Of a stretch of DNA of 64,000 nt, positions 31,001 through 40,022 are shown piece after piece. Position 1 is the stretch's first letter; every line of letters starts with the position of its first letter. This DNA is from an uncultured Bacteroidota bacterium (GTDB taxonomy: Bacteria; Bacteroidota; Bacteroidia; 2-12-FULL-35-15). Below the pieces are notes generated by a model. The model did no database searches. It saw nothing but the letters and a program-made list of their open reading frames with translations, and had not been told where the DNA came from. Where the stretch lies: NCBI GenBank assembly GCA_963727705.1, contig CAVSHK010000028.1, positions 39,537 to 103,536 of the forward strand, given 5' to 3'. A program made the translations under genes and the position numbers.

Positions 31001-31587
31001 ACTCGAATCAATGTAGTACGGCAATACAAAATCAAAAAGCGACCGTGGTGGTTCATGAAAATCCACATGCAATTTTTAGTGTAACTCCTGAAAGCACCAG
31101 TATCTTGAGACCAACGATCAGTATTAGCGATGCTTCTATATCAACAACATCCTGGTTGTGGGACTTTGGCGATAAGAACCTATCCCCATCGCCCAACCCT
31201 GAGGAACATACCTATGCCGATACAGGAACGTATAGAATAAAATTGCATGTAAGCAATGGATCGTGTAAAGATTCAACCTCTGAAATCGTTCGGATAACCT
31301 TACCGACAACGTTATATGTTCCGAATACTTTTAGCCCCAATGGCGATGGTGTGAACGATGTATTTAAAGCCGAAGGTGATGGTGTTACAAAGTTTGAGAT
31401 GATGGTGTATGACCGTTGGGGACAAATGGTGTTTTACAGTACGGATATCAACAAAGGCTGGGACGGTAAAATAAACGGAGGCAGTGAGGTGTCCATGATA
31501 GATACATATGTTTATGTGATTAACGTAACTGCATTCACCAACAAACATGATTATACCTACAGGGGTACTGTTAATTTAATGAAGTAG
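25069..31587 (+). CDS. Intact 3' 6.5 kb of the giant adhesin. It has about 20 tandem 95-aa Thr/Gly-rich repeats, a PKD domain and a T9SS type-B (gliding-motility) C-terminal domain.
   Basis: The unit AFLGLSSAVGSDNQTLCVNT...ITYTITGGATTATVTGLPAGITGSF.GTTLTISGTPT.VSTQTVASTYTVTTAGTC.QT.VTGTITVTPK is repeated. The PKD signature is WDFGD...HTYADTGTYRIKLHVSNGSC. The C-terminal domain reads YVPNTFSPNGDGVNDVF...YDRWGQMVF...GWDG. Upstream at 24830-25068 the frame is open, so the M at 25069 is internal. Confidence 0.85.
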   Translation: MAPTATTTYTLSDLSGCAPPITQTIVVNPPLSITINPTTVCAGITGTISAVVTASLSPSYTWTGVVGGATTTLSTTSAMTASPTVTTTYTVNINTSSCAATVTNTITVKPNAGLALSSGAGTNGQTVCVNTAISPITYTISGGATTATVTGLPAGVTGSFSGVMLSIGGTPSTVSTQTLTSTYTVTTAGTCSQTAVTGTITVQPKAFLGLSSAIGTDNKTYCVNNALTAITYTISGGAATATVTGLPSGVTASVSSNTVTISGTPTAVSTQTVASTYTVTTSGSCVQTSTTGTITVTPKAFLGLSSAVGSDNQTLCVNTALATPITYTIAGGATTATVTGLPAGITGSFTGTTLTISGTPSTVSTQTVASTYTVTTSGTCSQTAVTGTITVTPKAFLGLSSAVGSDNQTLCVNTGVLTPITYTITGGATTATVTGLPAGITGSFTGTTLSISGTPTAVSTQTVVSTYTVSTAGTICAQTSVTGTITVTPQAFLGLASAVGSDNQTLCVNTALATPITYTISGGATTATVTGLPAGITGSFAGTTLTINGTPTAVSTQTVVSTYTVSTSGTTCSQTAVTGTITVFPKAFLGVVGAASQTLCINTPLTNITYTVSGGATGGSVTGLPAGLTSMYSSGTVTISGSPTVVGTFGYTVNTTGTCAQTSATGTIVGNPNTVVDLTSGAGSDAQKLCQTDVLSTITYSLSDGATSANVTGLPTGVTGVYSNSVVTISGTPTVLGTYNYTLTTVGGCAPVTVLGSITINSNAAIALSSGNGSDNQTLCVNTALVTPITYTISGGATTATVTGLPAGISGSFSGVTLTISGTPSTVSTQTLTSTYTVTTAGNCTQTAVTGTITVTPNAFLGLSSANGSDNQTLCVNTALATPITYTITGGATTATVTGLPAGITGSFTGTMLTISGTPTAISTQTVASTYTVTTAGTCSQTSVTGTITVTPKAFIALSSANGSDNQTLCVNTGTLSLITYTITGGATTATVTGLPAGITGSFSGTTLTIGGTPTAVSTQTLTSTYTVTTAGTCSQTSVTGTITVTPKAFIALSSAVGSDNQTLCVNTGTLSLITYTITGGATTATVTGLPAGISGSFTGTTLTLSGTPTAISTQTVASTYTVTTAGTCAQTSVTGTITVIPQAFLGLSSANGSDSQTLCVNTGTLSPITYTITGGATTATVTGLPAGITGSFSGTTLTIGGTPTTVSTQTVASTYTVTTAGTCSQTAVTGTITVTPKAFIALSSANGSDNQTLCVNTGTLSPITYTITGGATTATVTGLPAGISGSFTGTTLTLSGTPTAISTQTVASTYTVTTAGTCAQTSVTGTITVIPQAFLGLASAMGSDNQTLCVNTGTLSPITYTITGGATTATVTGLPAGITGTFSGTTLTISGTPTTVSTQTVASTYTVTTAGTCSQTSVTGTITVTPKAFIALSSANGSDNQTLCVNTGTLSPITYTITGGATTATVTGLPAGISGSFTGTTLTLSGTPTAISTQTVASTYTVTTAGTTCAQTSVTGTITVIPQAFLGLFSAVGSDHQTLCVNTASLTPITYTITGGATTATVTGLPAGITGNFSGTALTISGIPTTVSTQTLTSTYTVTTAGTCTQTSLIGTITVYPDATIALMSVGATATQTVCVRGTPITPITYTLNGGAYNASVTGLPNGVNGSYNNAGVFTISGTPSGVTSQTVAVVSTYTVRTTGSACVQKQLTGTIQLDPLPTAYAGSTSPICQTDSVSVTGASSGNGAINWTDNGQGVLSNQTTLSPQYKASTLDQGKTITLTMTVTSTNSCNVLPETIPSSVNVVVRPTLTAVPTVTASVCQNQPATATFNVTSQGTSPYVFTYTETVNGTQSTKTVTTPTVNGSTTATISAPTGITGTVVYNLTQVKDANCTQPLPVNTQTMIVNKLPTATISQNEEICRDSTAKAILFKGMNSTKPYTFTFTVNNSSAIQKGDSVYSLKPATDKVGTFVYILTNVVDSNQCSTAIQNQKATVVVHENPHAIFSVTPESTSILRPTISISDASISTTSWLWDFGDKNLSPSPNPEEHTYADTGTYRIKLHVSNGSCKDSTSEIVRITLPTTLYVPNTFSPNGDGVNDVFKAEGDGVTKFEMMVYDRWGQMVFYSTDINKGWDGKINGGSEVSMIDTYVYVINVTAFTNKHDYTYRGTVNLMK
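25680..29940 (+). repeat. Near-identical tandem coding repeats with period about 285 bp. Between about 27900 and 29640 they form higher-order 570-bp dimers at over 95% nucleotide identity.
   Basis: Direct comparison, for example 28141-28680 against 28681-29220, shows almost base-identical sequence. The alternate-frame ORFs 28545-28814 and 29115-29384 are near-duplicates. Confidence 0.85.
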
Positions 31588-31880
31588 AGAAAGATTTCAG
31601 AGTAAGTTTCTGGTTTGAACCTCAAATGAAATCTTGCAGATGTTCGATCATTTACTAATTACTCCTACCAATAGAAAAAAGGGGTTTAGACTGTAATAGT
31701 TTAAGCCCTTTTTATTTGTACACACACTACCTTCCAACCATGTTAAGCATAATTTCGTTTGGATGAAAAAAGTTTTTTTGTATTTAACAAAATAATATAT
31801 TAAATTCGCAAGCTATGGTAGTTGTTATGAACGAAAGATGCCCTACCAAAGGGCTTTCAAATAATTAAAATTAAATTTAA

Positions 31881-32261
31881 ATGAAAACATCAGCATTGAG
31901 AACTTCTACGATTATTTGCACTTTCTTTTTAGTAATTGCGGCTTTTTCTTCCTCTTCCTGCAAAAAGGATGAAACTTGTTATGGTCAGGTAAATGTATAT
32001 GATTCAACAGGTGCTGTATTGCCTAATACTTTGGTGCATTTATTTCATCCGGGAGATACATCAAAAACATATACCTCCAATCCCGGAAATGTGGTTTATC
32101 AAGGTACAACGGATGGAAATGGGAATGTAAAATTCACTATTAAGTTACCTGCTGTTTATACAGTAAGAGCCGACCATCCAAAGATAGTTGGTAAATACAA
32201 ATTAGGCGTATTAATCTTAAATAATCCGGGATCTAAGGATACGTGTAATATTCATTTCTAA
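31881..32261 (+). CDS. Small lipoprotein (carboxypeptidase-regulatory-like beta-sandwich?)
   Basis: Lipobox FSSSSC and GTTDGNGNVKF. Confidence 0.45.
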   Translation: MKTSALRTSTIICTFFLVIAAFSSSSCKKDETCYGQVNVYDSTGAVLPNTLVHLFHPGDTSKTYTSNPGNVVYQGTTDGNGNVKFTIKLPAVYTVRADHPKIVGKYKLGVLILNNPGSKDTCNIHF

Positions 32262-32269
32262 TCTTCTTA

Positions 32270-35200
32270 TTATAAAATCAGGCTTAACTTATTTTTCGCC
32301 TCATCAATAGATTTTATATTCTCGAACGATAAGGACAATTTTCCGTTGCTTTCTTTCATTTTACATATTTTGCTATTGTTTTGTACAAACGTTAGCACCT
32401 TTGTAAATACTTCACTTTGGTAGTAAGGCGATTGTTGGTTTTGTATAAAATAGCCTACTATTCGGTTGTTTTTCAAAACCAGTTTTTCAAAACCAATTTC
32501 CATAGATAACCAGCGTAAACGTACAGTATGAATGAGTTGTTTTACTTGTGTGGGAACCTCACCGAAACGATCGTGCAAGTTGTTTTCAAAGGTCAGCAAT
32601 TCATTTTCATCTTTTGCATCGTCCAGCTCTCTGTACAAATTCAACCGCTCAGCAATGTTGTTTACATAAGTGTCGGGAATTAAAATTTCCATATCCGTAT
32701 CAATCACACAGTCGTTAACATATGTTGTATGTATTTTACCAGTATATTTATGAGAACCACCGACGTCTGTTGTTCTAAGCTCTTCATGTTCCATGCGCAA
32801 TTCTAAAATGGCTTCGTCAAGAATTTTTTGGTACATGTCAAAACCAATTTCGTTGATAAAACCACTTTGTTCACCACCCAATAAATTTCCGGCACCGCGT
32901 ATGTCGAGGTCGCGCATGGCAATGTTAAAGCCACTTCCAAGATCAGAGAATTCTTCAATGGCTTTTAACCGTTTGCGTGCTTCATTTGTAAGTACCGATA
33001 GGGGAGGAGTGAGCAAATAACAAAATGCTTTTTTGTTGGAACGACCAACACGTCCGCGCATCTGATGCAAATCGCTCAACCCAAACATTTGTGCCTGATT
33101 GATGATGATTGTATTTGCATTTGAAATATCTAACCCCGATTCAATAATGGTAGTTGCCACCAACACATCATATTCTCCTTCAACAAAGCCGAGCATCATT
33201 TCTTCCAGTTTGTCTCCGTCAAGCTGTCCATGACCTATAGCAACTTTTACATCCGGACAAAGCCGTTGTATCATTCCTGCAACTTCAGTAATGTTTTGCA
33301 CCCTGTTGTGTACAAAAAACACTTGTCCGCCCCGCGAAATTTCAAACATAATGGCATCACGAATAATTTCTTCATTAAACGTGTGTAGCTCTGTTTGCAC
33401 AGGATAGCGGTTAGGCGGCGGTGTGCTGATAACCGATAAATCGCGGGCGCCCATCATTGAAAACTGAAGTGTGCGTGGTATGGGTGTTGCGGTAAGTGTA
33501 AGTGTGTCAATGCTTGTTTTGAATGGTTTTTAACTTGTCTTTAATACCAACTCCAAACTTTTGTTCTTCGTCAATAATCATCAAGCCTAAGTCTTTAAAT
33601 TTTACATTTTTGCTCACAATACCGATGTGTGCCAATTAAAATATCCACTTCGCCTTTGGCTACTTTTTCAAGTGTTATTTTTTGATCTTTGACCGATTTA
33701 AAACGATTGATATAATCCACATTACAAGGCAGTTCTTTTAAACGCTCTTTAAACGTTTTGTAATGCTGCAATGCAAGAATTGTTGTGGGAACGAGTACTG
33801 CAACTTGTTTGCTGTCACACACTGCTTTAAATGCAGCGCGTATGGCTATTTCTGTTTTCCCAAAACCTACATCCCCGCAAATGAGCCTGTCCATAGGGTA
33901 TTCCTTCTCCATATCCCGTTTTACATCGGCAGTAGCCTTTACCTGATCGGGAGTATCTTCATAAATAAATGAAGCTTCCAATTCGTTTTGTAAATAGTTG
34001 TCGGGACTGAATCGGAAGCCTTTTAGCGCTTTTCGCTTGGCATAAAGCTGAATTAAATCAAAGGCAATTTCTTTAACTTTTTTCTTCGTTTTTTGTTTAA
34101 GGACACTCCAATTGGTACTACCGAGTTTGTTTACTTTAGGTGCTTCGCCTTCTTTTCCGGAGTATTTGGCAATACGGTGTAATGAATGAATACTGATATT
34201 CACTACATCCATATCTTTATAAACAAGACGAATAGTCTCCTGAATTTTCCCATTTATTTCAATGGTTTCCAGCCCACCGTAGCGACCAATGCCGTAATCA
34301 ATATGTGTAATATAATCGCCGGGATTAAGACCCTTTAACTCTTTTAAAGTAATGGCTTCGTTCTTTTTGTTGAAGCTGCTTTTTAAACGGAAACGGTGAT
34401 AGCGATCAAAAATCTGATGGTCGGTGTAACAGGCTAATTTTAAGTCGTTATCAACAAAACCTTCGTGAATAGATAATGATATAGAATTAAATTGTACTGC
34501 TTCAGTATTGAAGTTGATGTCCTCAAATATTTTATTCAATCGCTCTACCTGTTTGGATGTATCCGAAAAAATAATGTTGGTTAAATGTGCACGAACATTG
34601 CTTTTTAAGTTGTCGTTGAGATAACTGAAGTTTTTATTAAAACTTGGTTGAGGCGAAAAATTATAATGGATAACTTTTGTATGCGTGAGCGAAGCATTGT
34701 TGCTAAATTCAATTAAAGGAAAAGTCAATACTTGTTTTGTAAAACTCTCCTTATCTATATACAGCTCCTGTGGAGGCAAATGCGTTATTGTTGTATCTAA
34801 TTTGTTGAAAGAACTTTGAGCAAGTGCAAATGCTTTTTCAATTTTATCAATGGTAAACTGAAAATGTTTGAACCACACCACCGTGTTTTCAGGAATAAAT
34901 TCAAAAAATGTTTGCCGGCTTTCTTGCAACAGCTTTGTTTGCACATTAGGAATGATGATACATTCCGGCAGCTTTTTAATAGAAAGTTGCGTAACACTAT
35001 CAAAACTGCGTATAGAATCAACATCATTACCTAAAAATTCAATACGATAGGGATTGTCGTTTGAAAAAGAAAACACATCAATAATGCCACCTCTTACCGA
35101 AAACTGTCCGGGTTCGGTAACATAATCAACACGGTCAAAACCGTATTCAAACAACACATCGGTAATAAAATCAATGGAAATTTTTTCCGCTTGTTTTAAT

Positions 35201-35631
35201 TTTAAGGTGTTTTTGCTGAGATGACTTTTTGTAACAACCTTTTCAGTGAGCGCTTCGGGATAAGAAATCACTAACACATGCTTGTTGCCGGCATTAATTT
35301 TATTCAACACTTCGGCACGTAATAAAATATTGGAGTTGTCTATATCCTCGTGTTGATAAGGCATACGGTAGGAAGCGGGGAAAAATAATACCTTATCTTC
35401 GCCCAATAAATTTTCAAGATCATTAAAAAAATAAGCAGCTTCTTCTTTATCGGCAAGAATTAATAACTGTGTTTTGTAAATGTGCTGATATGCTGCTGCT
35501 GCAATGAATGAAGCTCCGGAACCCACAATGCCACGCAAATGCATGCGCACACGATCTCCTTTCAATTCTTGTGTTAGGGCAGAATTGTTAGGCGACTCGC
35601 CATATTTGCGTAAAATATCTTCTTTAGTCAC
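32270..35631 (-). CDS. mfd: Transcription-repair coupling factor Mfd, interrupted by two single-base indels between about 33460 and 33600
   Basis: N-terminal ORF 33595-35631 (UvrB-homology and RNAP-interaction domains, DVGFGKTE). C-terminal ORF 32270-33457 (helicase motifs and TRCF domain). The intervening reverse-strand sequence encodes [34 protein letters not shown] and ...[25 protein letters not shown] in shifted frames. Confidence 0.9.
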
Positions 35632-35684
35632 TTATCTTGGTGCGCAAAAGTACAAAAGACTATTTGAAAATGAGGAAATTTTTT

Positions 35685-35767
35685 CTCTGTGTTCACTCCG
35701 TGAATCTATGTCTAATTTTTTGTTTCACTGAGGCTCACAGAGATTTTTAAACAGAGGTTCACAGAGA
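35685..35767. promoter_or_regulatory. Three copies of a GTTCACAGAGA-like motif (two direct, one inverted) in the mfd/purK divergent intergenic region
   Basis: tctctgtgttcac at 35685-35697, ggctcacagaga at 35732-35743 and ggttcacagaga at 35756-35767. Confidence 0.3.
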
Positions 35768-35881
35768 AAGAAAAAACGGTTTTGAGATTAATAATTAAAA
35801 CCGAATTGTATTCTCCTCTTTTTAGGAAAAACAATACCTTCGTTCATTCATTTTAACAAACAAAATATAGTAAAGTTCAAT

Positions 35882-37036
35882 ATGAACTCAACATACTTTT
35901 ACAATAAAAAATTAGGAATATTAGGGGGTGGACAACTTGGCAAAATGCTTTGTACAGCAGCAGCTCCATGGCATTTGCAAACTCACACGCTTGAACCAAG
36001 CGATGATTGCCCAGCTTCGATAGTTTGCAAAAATATTACAAAAGGAGATTTTACTGATTTTGATACGGTGTATCAGTTCGGCAAACAAATGGATGTTATT
36101 ACCATTGAAATTGAAAAGGTAAATGTAGATGCATTAATAAAGTTGCAAGAAGAAGGAAAAAAGATTTATCCATCGCCGCAAGCTCTGCAAATAATACAAG
36201 ATAAAGGTTTGCAGAAACAATTCTATAAAAAAAACAATTTAAAAACATCCGCTTTTGAATTGTATGATGATAAACAACACGTTATAGACGCTTTAAACAA
36301 AGGCATTATCAGCTACCCTTTTGTTCAGAAGTCGCGTAAAGACGGGTATGATGGAAAAGGTGTTGCGGTGATTAATACAGCTAACGATTTACATTTATTA
36401 CTTGAAGGAGCTTGTGTTATTGAAGAAAAAATAATTTTTACAAAAGAACTTTCGGTAATAGCAGCGCGTGATGCAAAGGGTAATGTAAAATGTTTTGATG
36501 TGGTTGAAATGGTGTTTGATGAACAAGCCAATTTGGTTACGTTGCTGTTATGTCCTGCCAATGTTTCAACTGAAGTGGCTCAAAAAGCCGAAGCACTTGC
36601 TGTTAAAACCATTACCGCATTTGGTATTGTGGGGATATTAGCTGTAGAATTATTCTTGGATAAAAACAACGAAATTTATATTAACGAAGTAGCACCACGA
36701 CCGCACAACAGCGGGCATCATACCATTGAAGCTTGTGTGACTTCTCAATACGAACAACATTTGCGAGCTATACTGGAATTGCCATTAGGAAGTACTGAAA
36801 TCATCATGCCTTCGGTAATGATTAATTTACTTGGGGAAAAAGGATATAACGGTGATGTTATTTATCAAGGACTTGAAAAGTGCATGGAGGTGGAAGGGGC
36901 TAAATTTCACATTTATGGCAAAGCGAAAACAAAGCCTTTCCGAAAAATGGGACATGTAACGATAATTGACAAAAACCCTGAAAGCGCTGTTAAGAAAGCG
37001 GAATACATACAAAAAGAGTTGAAGGTTGTAGCATAA
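35882..37036 (+). CDS. purK: N5-carboxyaminoimidazole ribonucleotide synthase
   Basis: LGILGGGQLGKM, ATP-grasp motifs, and SGHHTIEAC. Confidence 0.9.
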   Translation: MNSTYFYNKKLGILGGGQLGKMLCTAAAPWHLQTHTLEPSDDCPASIVCKNITKGDFTDFDTVYQFGKQMDVITIEIEKVNVDALIKLQEEGKKIYPSPQALQIIQDKGLQKQFYKKNNLKTSAFELYDDKQHVIDALNKGIISYPFVQKSRKDGYDGKGVAVINTANDLHLLLEGACVIEEKIIFTKELSVIAARDAKGNVKCFDVVEMVFDEQANLVTLLLCPANVSTEVAQKAEALAVKTITAFGIVGILAVELFLDKNNEIYINEVAPRPHNSGHHTIEACVTSQYEQHLRAILELPLGSTEIIMPSVMINLLGEKGYNGDVIYQGLEKCMEVEGAKFHIYGKAKTKPFRKMGHVTIIDKNPESAVKKAEYIQKELKVVA

Positions 37037-37059
37037 TTATTTTTGTAGATAATTAAAAA

Positions 37060-37539
37060 ATGAAGATCTTTTCATTTCCGCCAATTGACAATGAACAGAG
37101 CAAAGTGCTTATTTTAGGAACAATGCCCGGAGTTGATTCGTTACGATTTAATGAATACTACGCCCATCAACGAAATGCTTTTTGGAAAATACTTTTTACA
37201 TTATTTAAAGAACCCTTCACTAACGATTATAAAACAAAACAACAGTCGCTATTGAATAATAATATTGCGTTGTGGGATGTGCTTAAAGTCTGCTCTCGCG
37301 AAGGCAGTTTAGACGCTAATATTCAGGCAGAAGAACCTAATGAATTGGTCCAATTTATTGCACAACACAGCAACTTAAATCATATCTTTTTTAACGGAAA
37401 TAAAGCCTGCGATTACTTTTTAAAATACAATAAACAAATAAACATTCCCTATAAGGTATTGCCATCTACCAGTCCTGCACATACGATGCCGTTTGATAAA
37501 AAACTAGAAGAATGGTCAGTTATTAAGTTGTTCATATAG
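37060..37539 (+). CDS. DNA-deoxyinosine (hypoxanthine) glycosylase, UDG superfamily
   Basis: LILGTMPGVDSL...NAFWKIL and the PSTSPA motif. Confidence 0.65.
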   Translation: MKIFSFPPIDNEQSKVLILGTMPGVDSLRFNEYYAHQRNAFWKILFTLFKEPFTNDYKTKQQSLLNNNIALWDVLKVCSREGSLDANIQAEEPNELVQFIAQHSNLNHIFFNGNKACDYFLKYNKQINIPYKVLPSTSPAHTMPFDKKLEEWSVIKLFI

Positions 37540-37628
37540 TTTTATCAGAAGTAAAACAGAGATATAGATGATTTAAAATATCAATAGTGTCAATGAAAAA
37601 CACTTATTTTGCAATAAAATCTACTTGA

Positions 37629-38063
37629 ATGACACCACTAGTAAGCATCATCATGGGCAGCAATTCCGATTTACCAATAATGAAGGAAGCTGCGGACGTA
37701 TTGAACGAACATAAAATACCATTTGAAATAAACATTGTTTCAGCACATCGCACACCCGACAGAATGGTGGAGTTTGCAAAAAAAGCACACTTGCAAGGCA
37801 TTAAAGTAATTATTGCCGGAGCAGGTGGCGCGGCGCATTTGCCGGGTATGGTGGCTTCTATTACTCCGTTGCCTGTTATTGGGGTACCCATAAAATCGTC
37901 TAATTCTATTGATGGATGGGATTCGTTGTTGTCGATCATTCAAATGCCCAATGGTGTGCCCGTAGCTTCGGTATCTGTAAATGGTGCAAAAAGTGCCGGT
38001 TTATTGGCAGTAAAAATGTTAGCAGCAGGAAACGAAGAATTGCATGAACGGTTAAGTAAATAA
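37629..38063 (+). CDS. purE: N5-CAIR mutase
   Basis: [23 protein letters not shown] and [13 protein letters not shown]. Confidence 0.9.
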   Translation: MTPLVSIIMGSNSDLPIMKEAADVLNEHKIPFEINIVSAHRTPDRMVEFAKKAHLQGIKVIIAGAGGAAHLPGMVASITPLPVIGVPIKSSNSIDGWDSLLSIIQMPNGVPVASVSVNGAKSAGLLAVKMLAAGNEELHERLSK

Positions 38064-38125
38064 ATTAATATTTATTAATGGTCAATTATCCTTTCTTTTA
38101 TGGAAATTAGCTTGTAAAAATCTTC

Positions 38126-38668
38126 ATGGTAACTTATCTATCAATATTAAGAGGTATTAATGTAAGTGGGCAAAAAATGATTAAGATGGATGCCCTTAAA
38201 AAAATGTATGAAAGTGCAGGTTTTACTAATGTGCGTACTTACATACAAAGCGGTAATGTTGTCTTCGAAAACAATACACAAAATTTTTTAGCACCATTTA
38301 TTGAACAAAAAATAAAAGAAACCTTCGGTTTTGATGTTCCTGTTATTGTCCGCACCCAACAAGAAATGCAGGAAATCGTTGAACACAATCCATTTTTGAA
38401 AGATAAAAATATAGAACAAGACAGATTGTATGTAACTTTTTTGGAAGAGATTCCTTTAGCGGAAAATTTAAAGAAGATATCTACTTATGATTATAGCCCT
38501 GACGTATTTATAATCAAGGGAAAAGAAGTGTATTTATATTGTCCCAAACCCAAGGGCTATGGCGATACGAAACTCAGTAATAATTTTTTCGAGAGTAAAT
38601 TAAAAGTCAAAGCAACTACCCGCAACTGGAAAACAACAAATGAGTTGCTCCGGATTCTAAAAAGTTAA
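38126..38668 (+). CDS. DUF1697 domain protein
   Basis: YLSILRGINVSGQKMIKMDALKKMYESAGFTNVRTYIQSGNVVF. Confidence 0.55.
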   Translation: MVTYLSILRGINVSGQKMIKMDALKKMYESAGFTNVRTYIQSGNVVFENNTQNFLAPFIEQKIKETFGFDVPVIVRTQQEMQEIVEHNPFLKDKNIEQDRLYVTFLEEIPLAENLKKISTYDYSPDVFIIKGKEVYLYCPKPKGYGDTKLSNNFFESKLKVKATTRNWKTTNELLRILKS

Positions 38669-38794
38669 CTTCGGTTATGATTTTCCAAATATGTTTAAAA
38701 ATATTATGCCTGCATAATAAGTTTTATACATTTGTAATTATCAAATAAAAAAGAATTCGTTCACACATTTATAAATCATTAAAAAAATAAAACT

Positions 38795-40003
38795 ATGGAA
38801 GCATATATTTATGACGCTTTACGTACCGTAAGAGGCAAAGGAAGCGCGGAAAAAGGAGCTTTATCGGTACTCACTCCCGAGTATTTAGGCTCTTACCTCC
38901 TAAAGGAATTCAGAAAGAAAAACAATCTTGATACATCATTAGTAGAAGATGTAATTATGGGTTGTGTTACACAATCGTTTGACCAAGGTGCGGATATTGC
39001 AAAAACAATTGCAACAACATCCGGTTACGGCGAACACGTTGCAGGATATACTGTTAACCGTTTTTGTGCTTCTGGTTTAGAAGCGATAAACCAAGCTGCT
39101 GCTTACGTAAAATCGGGCTTCCGCACAGGAGCAATTATCGCCGGAGGAGTTGAATCGATGAGCCGTGTAAAAATGGGTTCGGATGTGGGAGCTTATTTTT
39201 TCGATCCCGCTGTAGCCATACCAAACAGTGTAGTACCACAAGGGATATCGGCCGATTTGATTGCTTCAAAATACGGATACTCTCGTACGCAAATGGATGA
39301 ATTAGCAGTAGAATCAAATAAAAGAGCGGCTGTTGCTGAGCGTGAAAGTCGTTTTAAATCACGTATAGGAGTTAGAGATATCAATGGTGTTATGGTATTG
39401 GATCGCGATGAAAACATTCGTGAAGAAACAACCTTGGAAGGTTTGGCAAAATTAAATCCTGCATTTGAAATGATGGGTAAAATGGCGGGCTTTGATGACA
39501 TTGCCCTGGACAGATATCCGGATGTTGAATTTTTAAATCACGTACATACTCCGGCTAATTCTTCGGCTATTGTTGACGGAGCAGCAATGATGTTAATCGG
39601 TAATAAAGAAATTGGCGAAAAATTAGGATTAAAACCTCGCGCACGTATCGTTACTTCTGCAATCATCAGCACTGAGCAAACCATTATGTTAACAGGTCCT
39701 GCACCTGCAACACTAAAAGCGTTGAAACAAGCTAAGATGAATGTTTCTGACATCGACCTTTTTGAAATCAATGAAGCATTTGCATCGGTAATGATGTTGT
39801 TCATGAATGAGTTGAAATTACCTTACGATAAAGTAAACGTTAACGGAGGAGCAATGGCAATGGGACATCCGTTAGGAGCAACAGGCGCTATGATATTAGG
39901 AACTGTGTTAGATGAATTAGAGCGTACAAACAAACAAACGGGTGTTGCTACTCTTTGCGTAGCTGGCGGAATGGGCATTGCAACAATAATCGAAAGAATT
40001 TAA
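38795..40003 (+). CDS. fadA: Acetyl-CoA C-acyltransferase (3-ketoacyl-CoA thiolase)
   Basis: [11 protein letters not shown] (active-site Cys), the NEAFA and GGMG motifs, and CVAGGMG. Confidence 0.9.
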   Translation: MEAYIYDALRTVRGKGSAEKGALSVLTPEYLGSYLLKEFRKKNNLDTSLVEDVIMGCVTQSFDQGADIAKTIATTSGYGEHVAGYTVNRFCASGLEAINQAAAYVKSGFRTGAIIAGGVESMSRVKMGSDVGAYFFDPAVAIPNSVVPQGISADLIASKYGYSRTQMDELAVESNKRAAVAERESRFKSRIGVRDINGVMVLDRDENIREETTLEGLAKLNPAFEMMGKMAGFDDIALDRYPDVEFLNHVHTPANSSAIVDGAAMMLIGNKEIGEKLGLKPRARIVTSAIISTEQTIMLTGPAPATLKALKQAKMNVSDIDLFEINEAFASVMMLFMNELKLPYDKVNVNGGAMAMGHPLGATGAMILGTVLDELERTNKQTGVATLCVAGGMGIATIIERI

Positions 40004-40022
40004 CCTATTAAAAAATAGATAC

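Noticed and set aside
33458-33594. An apparent 137-bp intergenic gap splitting mfd into two genes
   Set aside because: The gap encodes conserved Mfd sequence (IDEEQKFGV...[16 protein letters not shown]) in shifted frames. It is a frameshifted single gene, not two genes.
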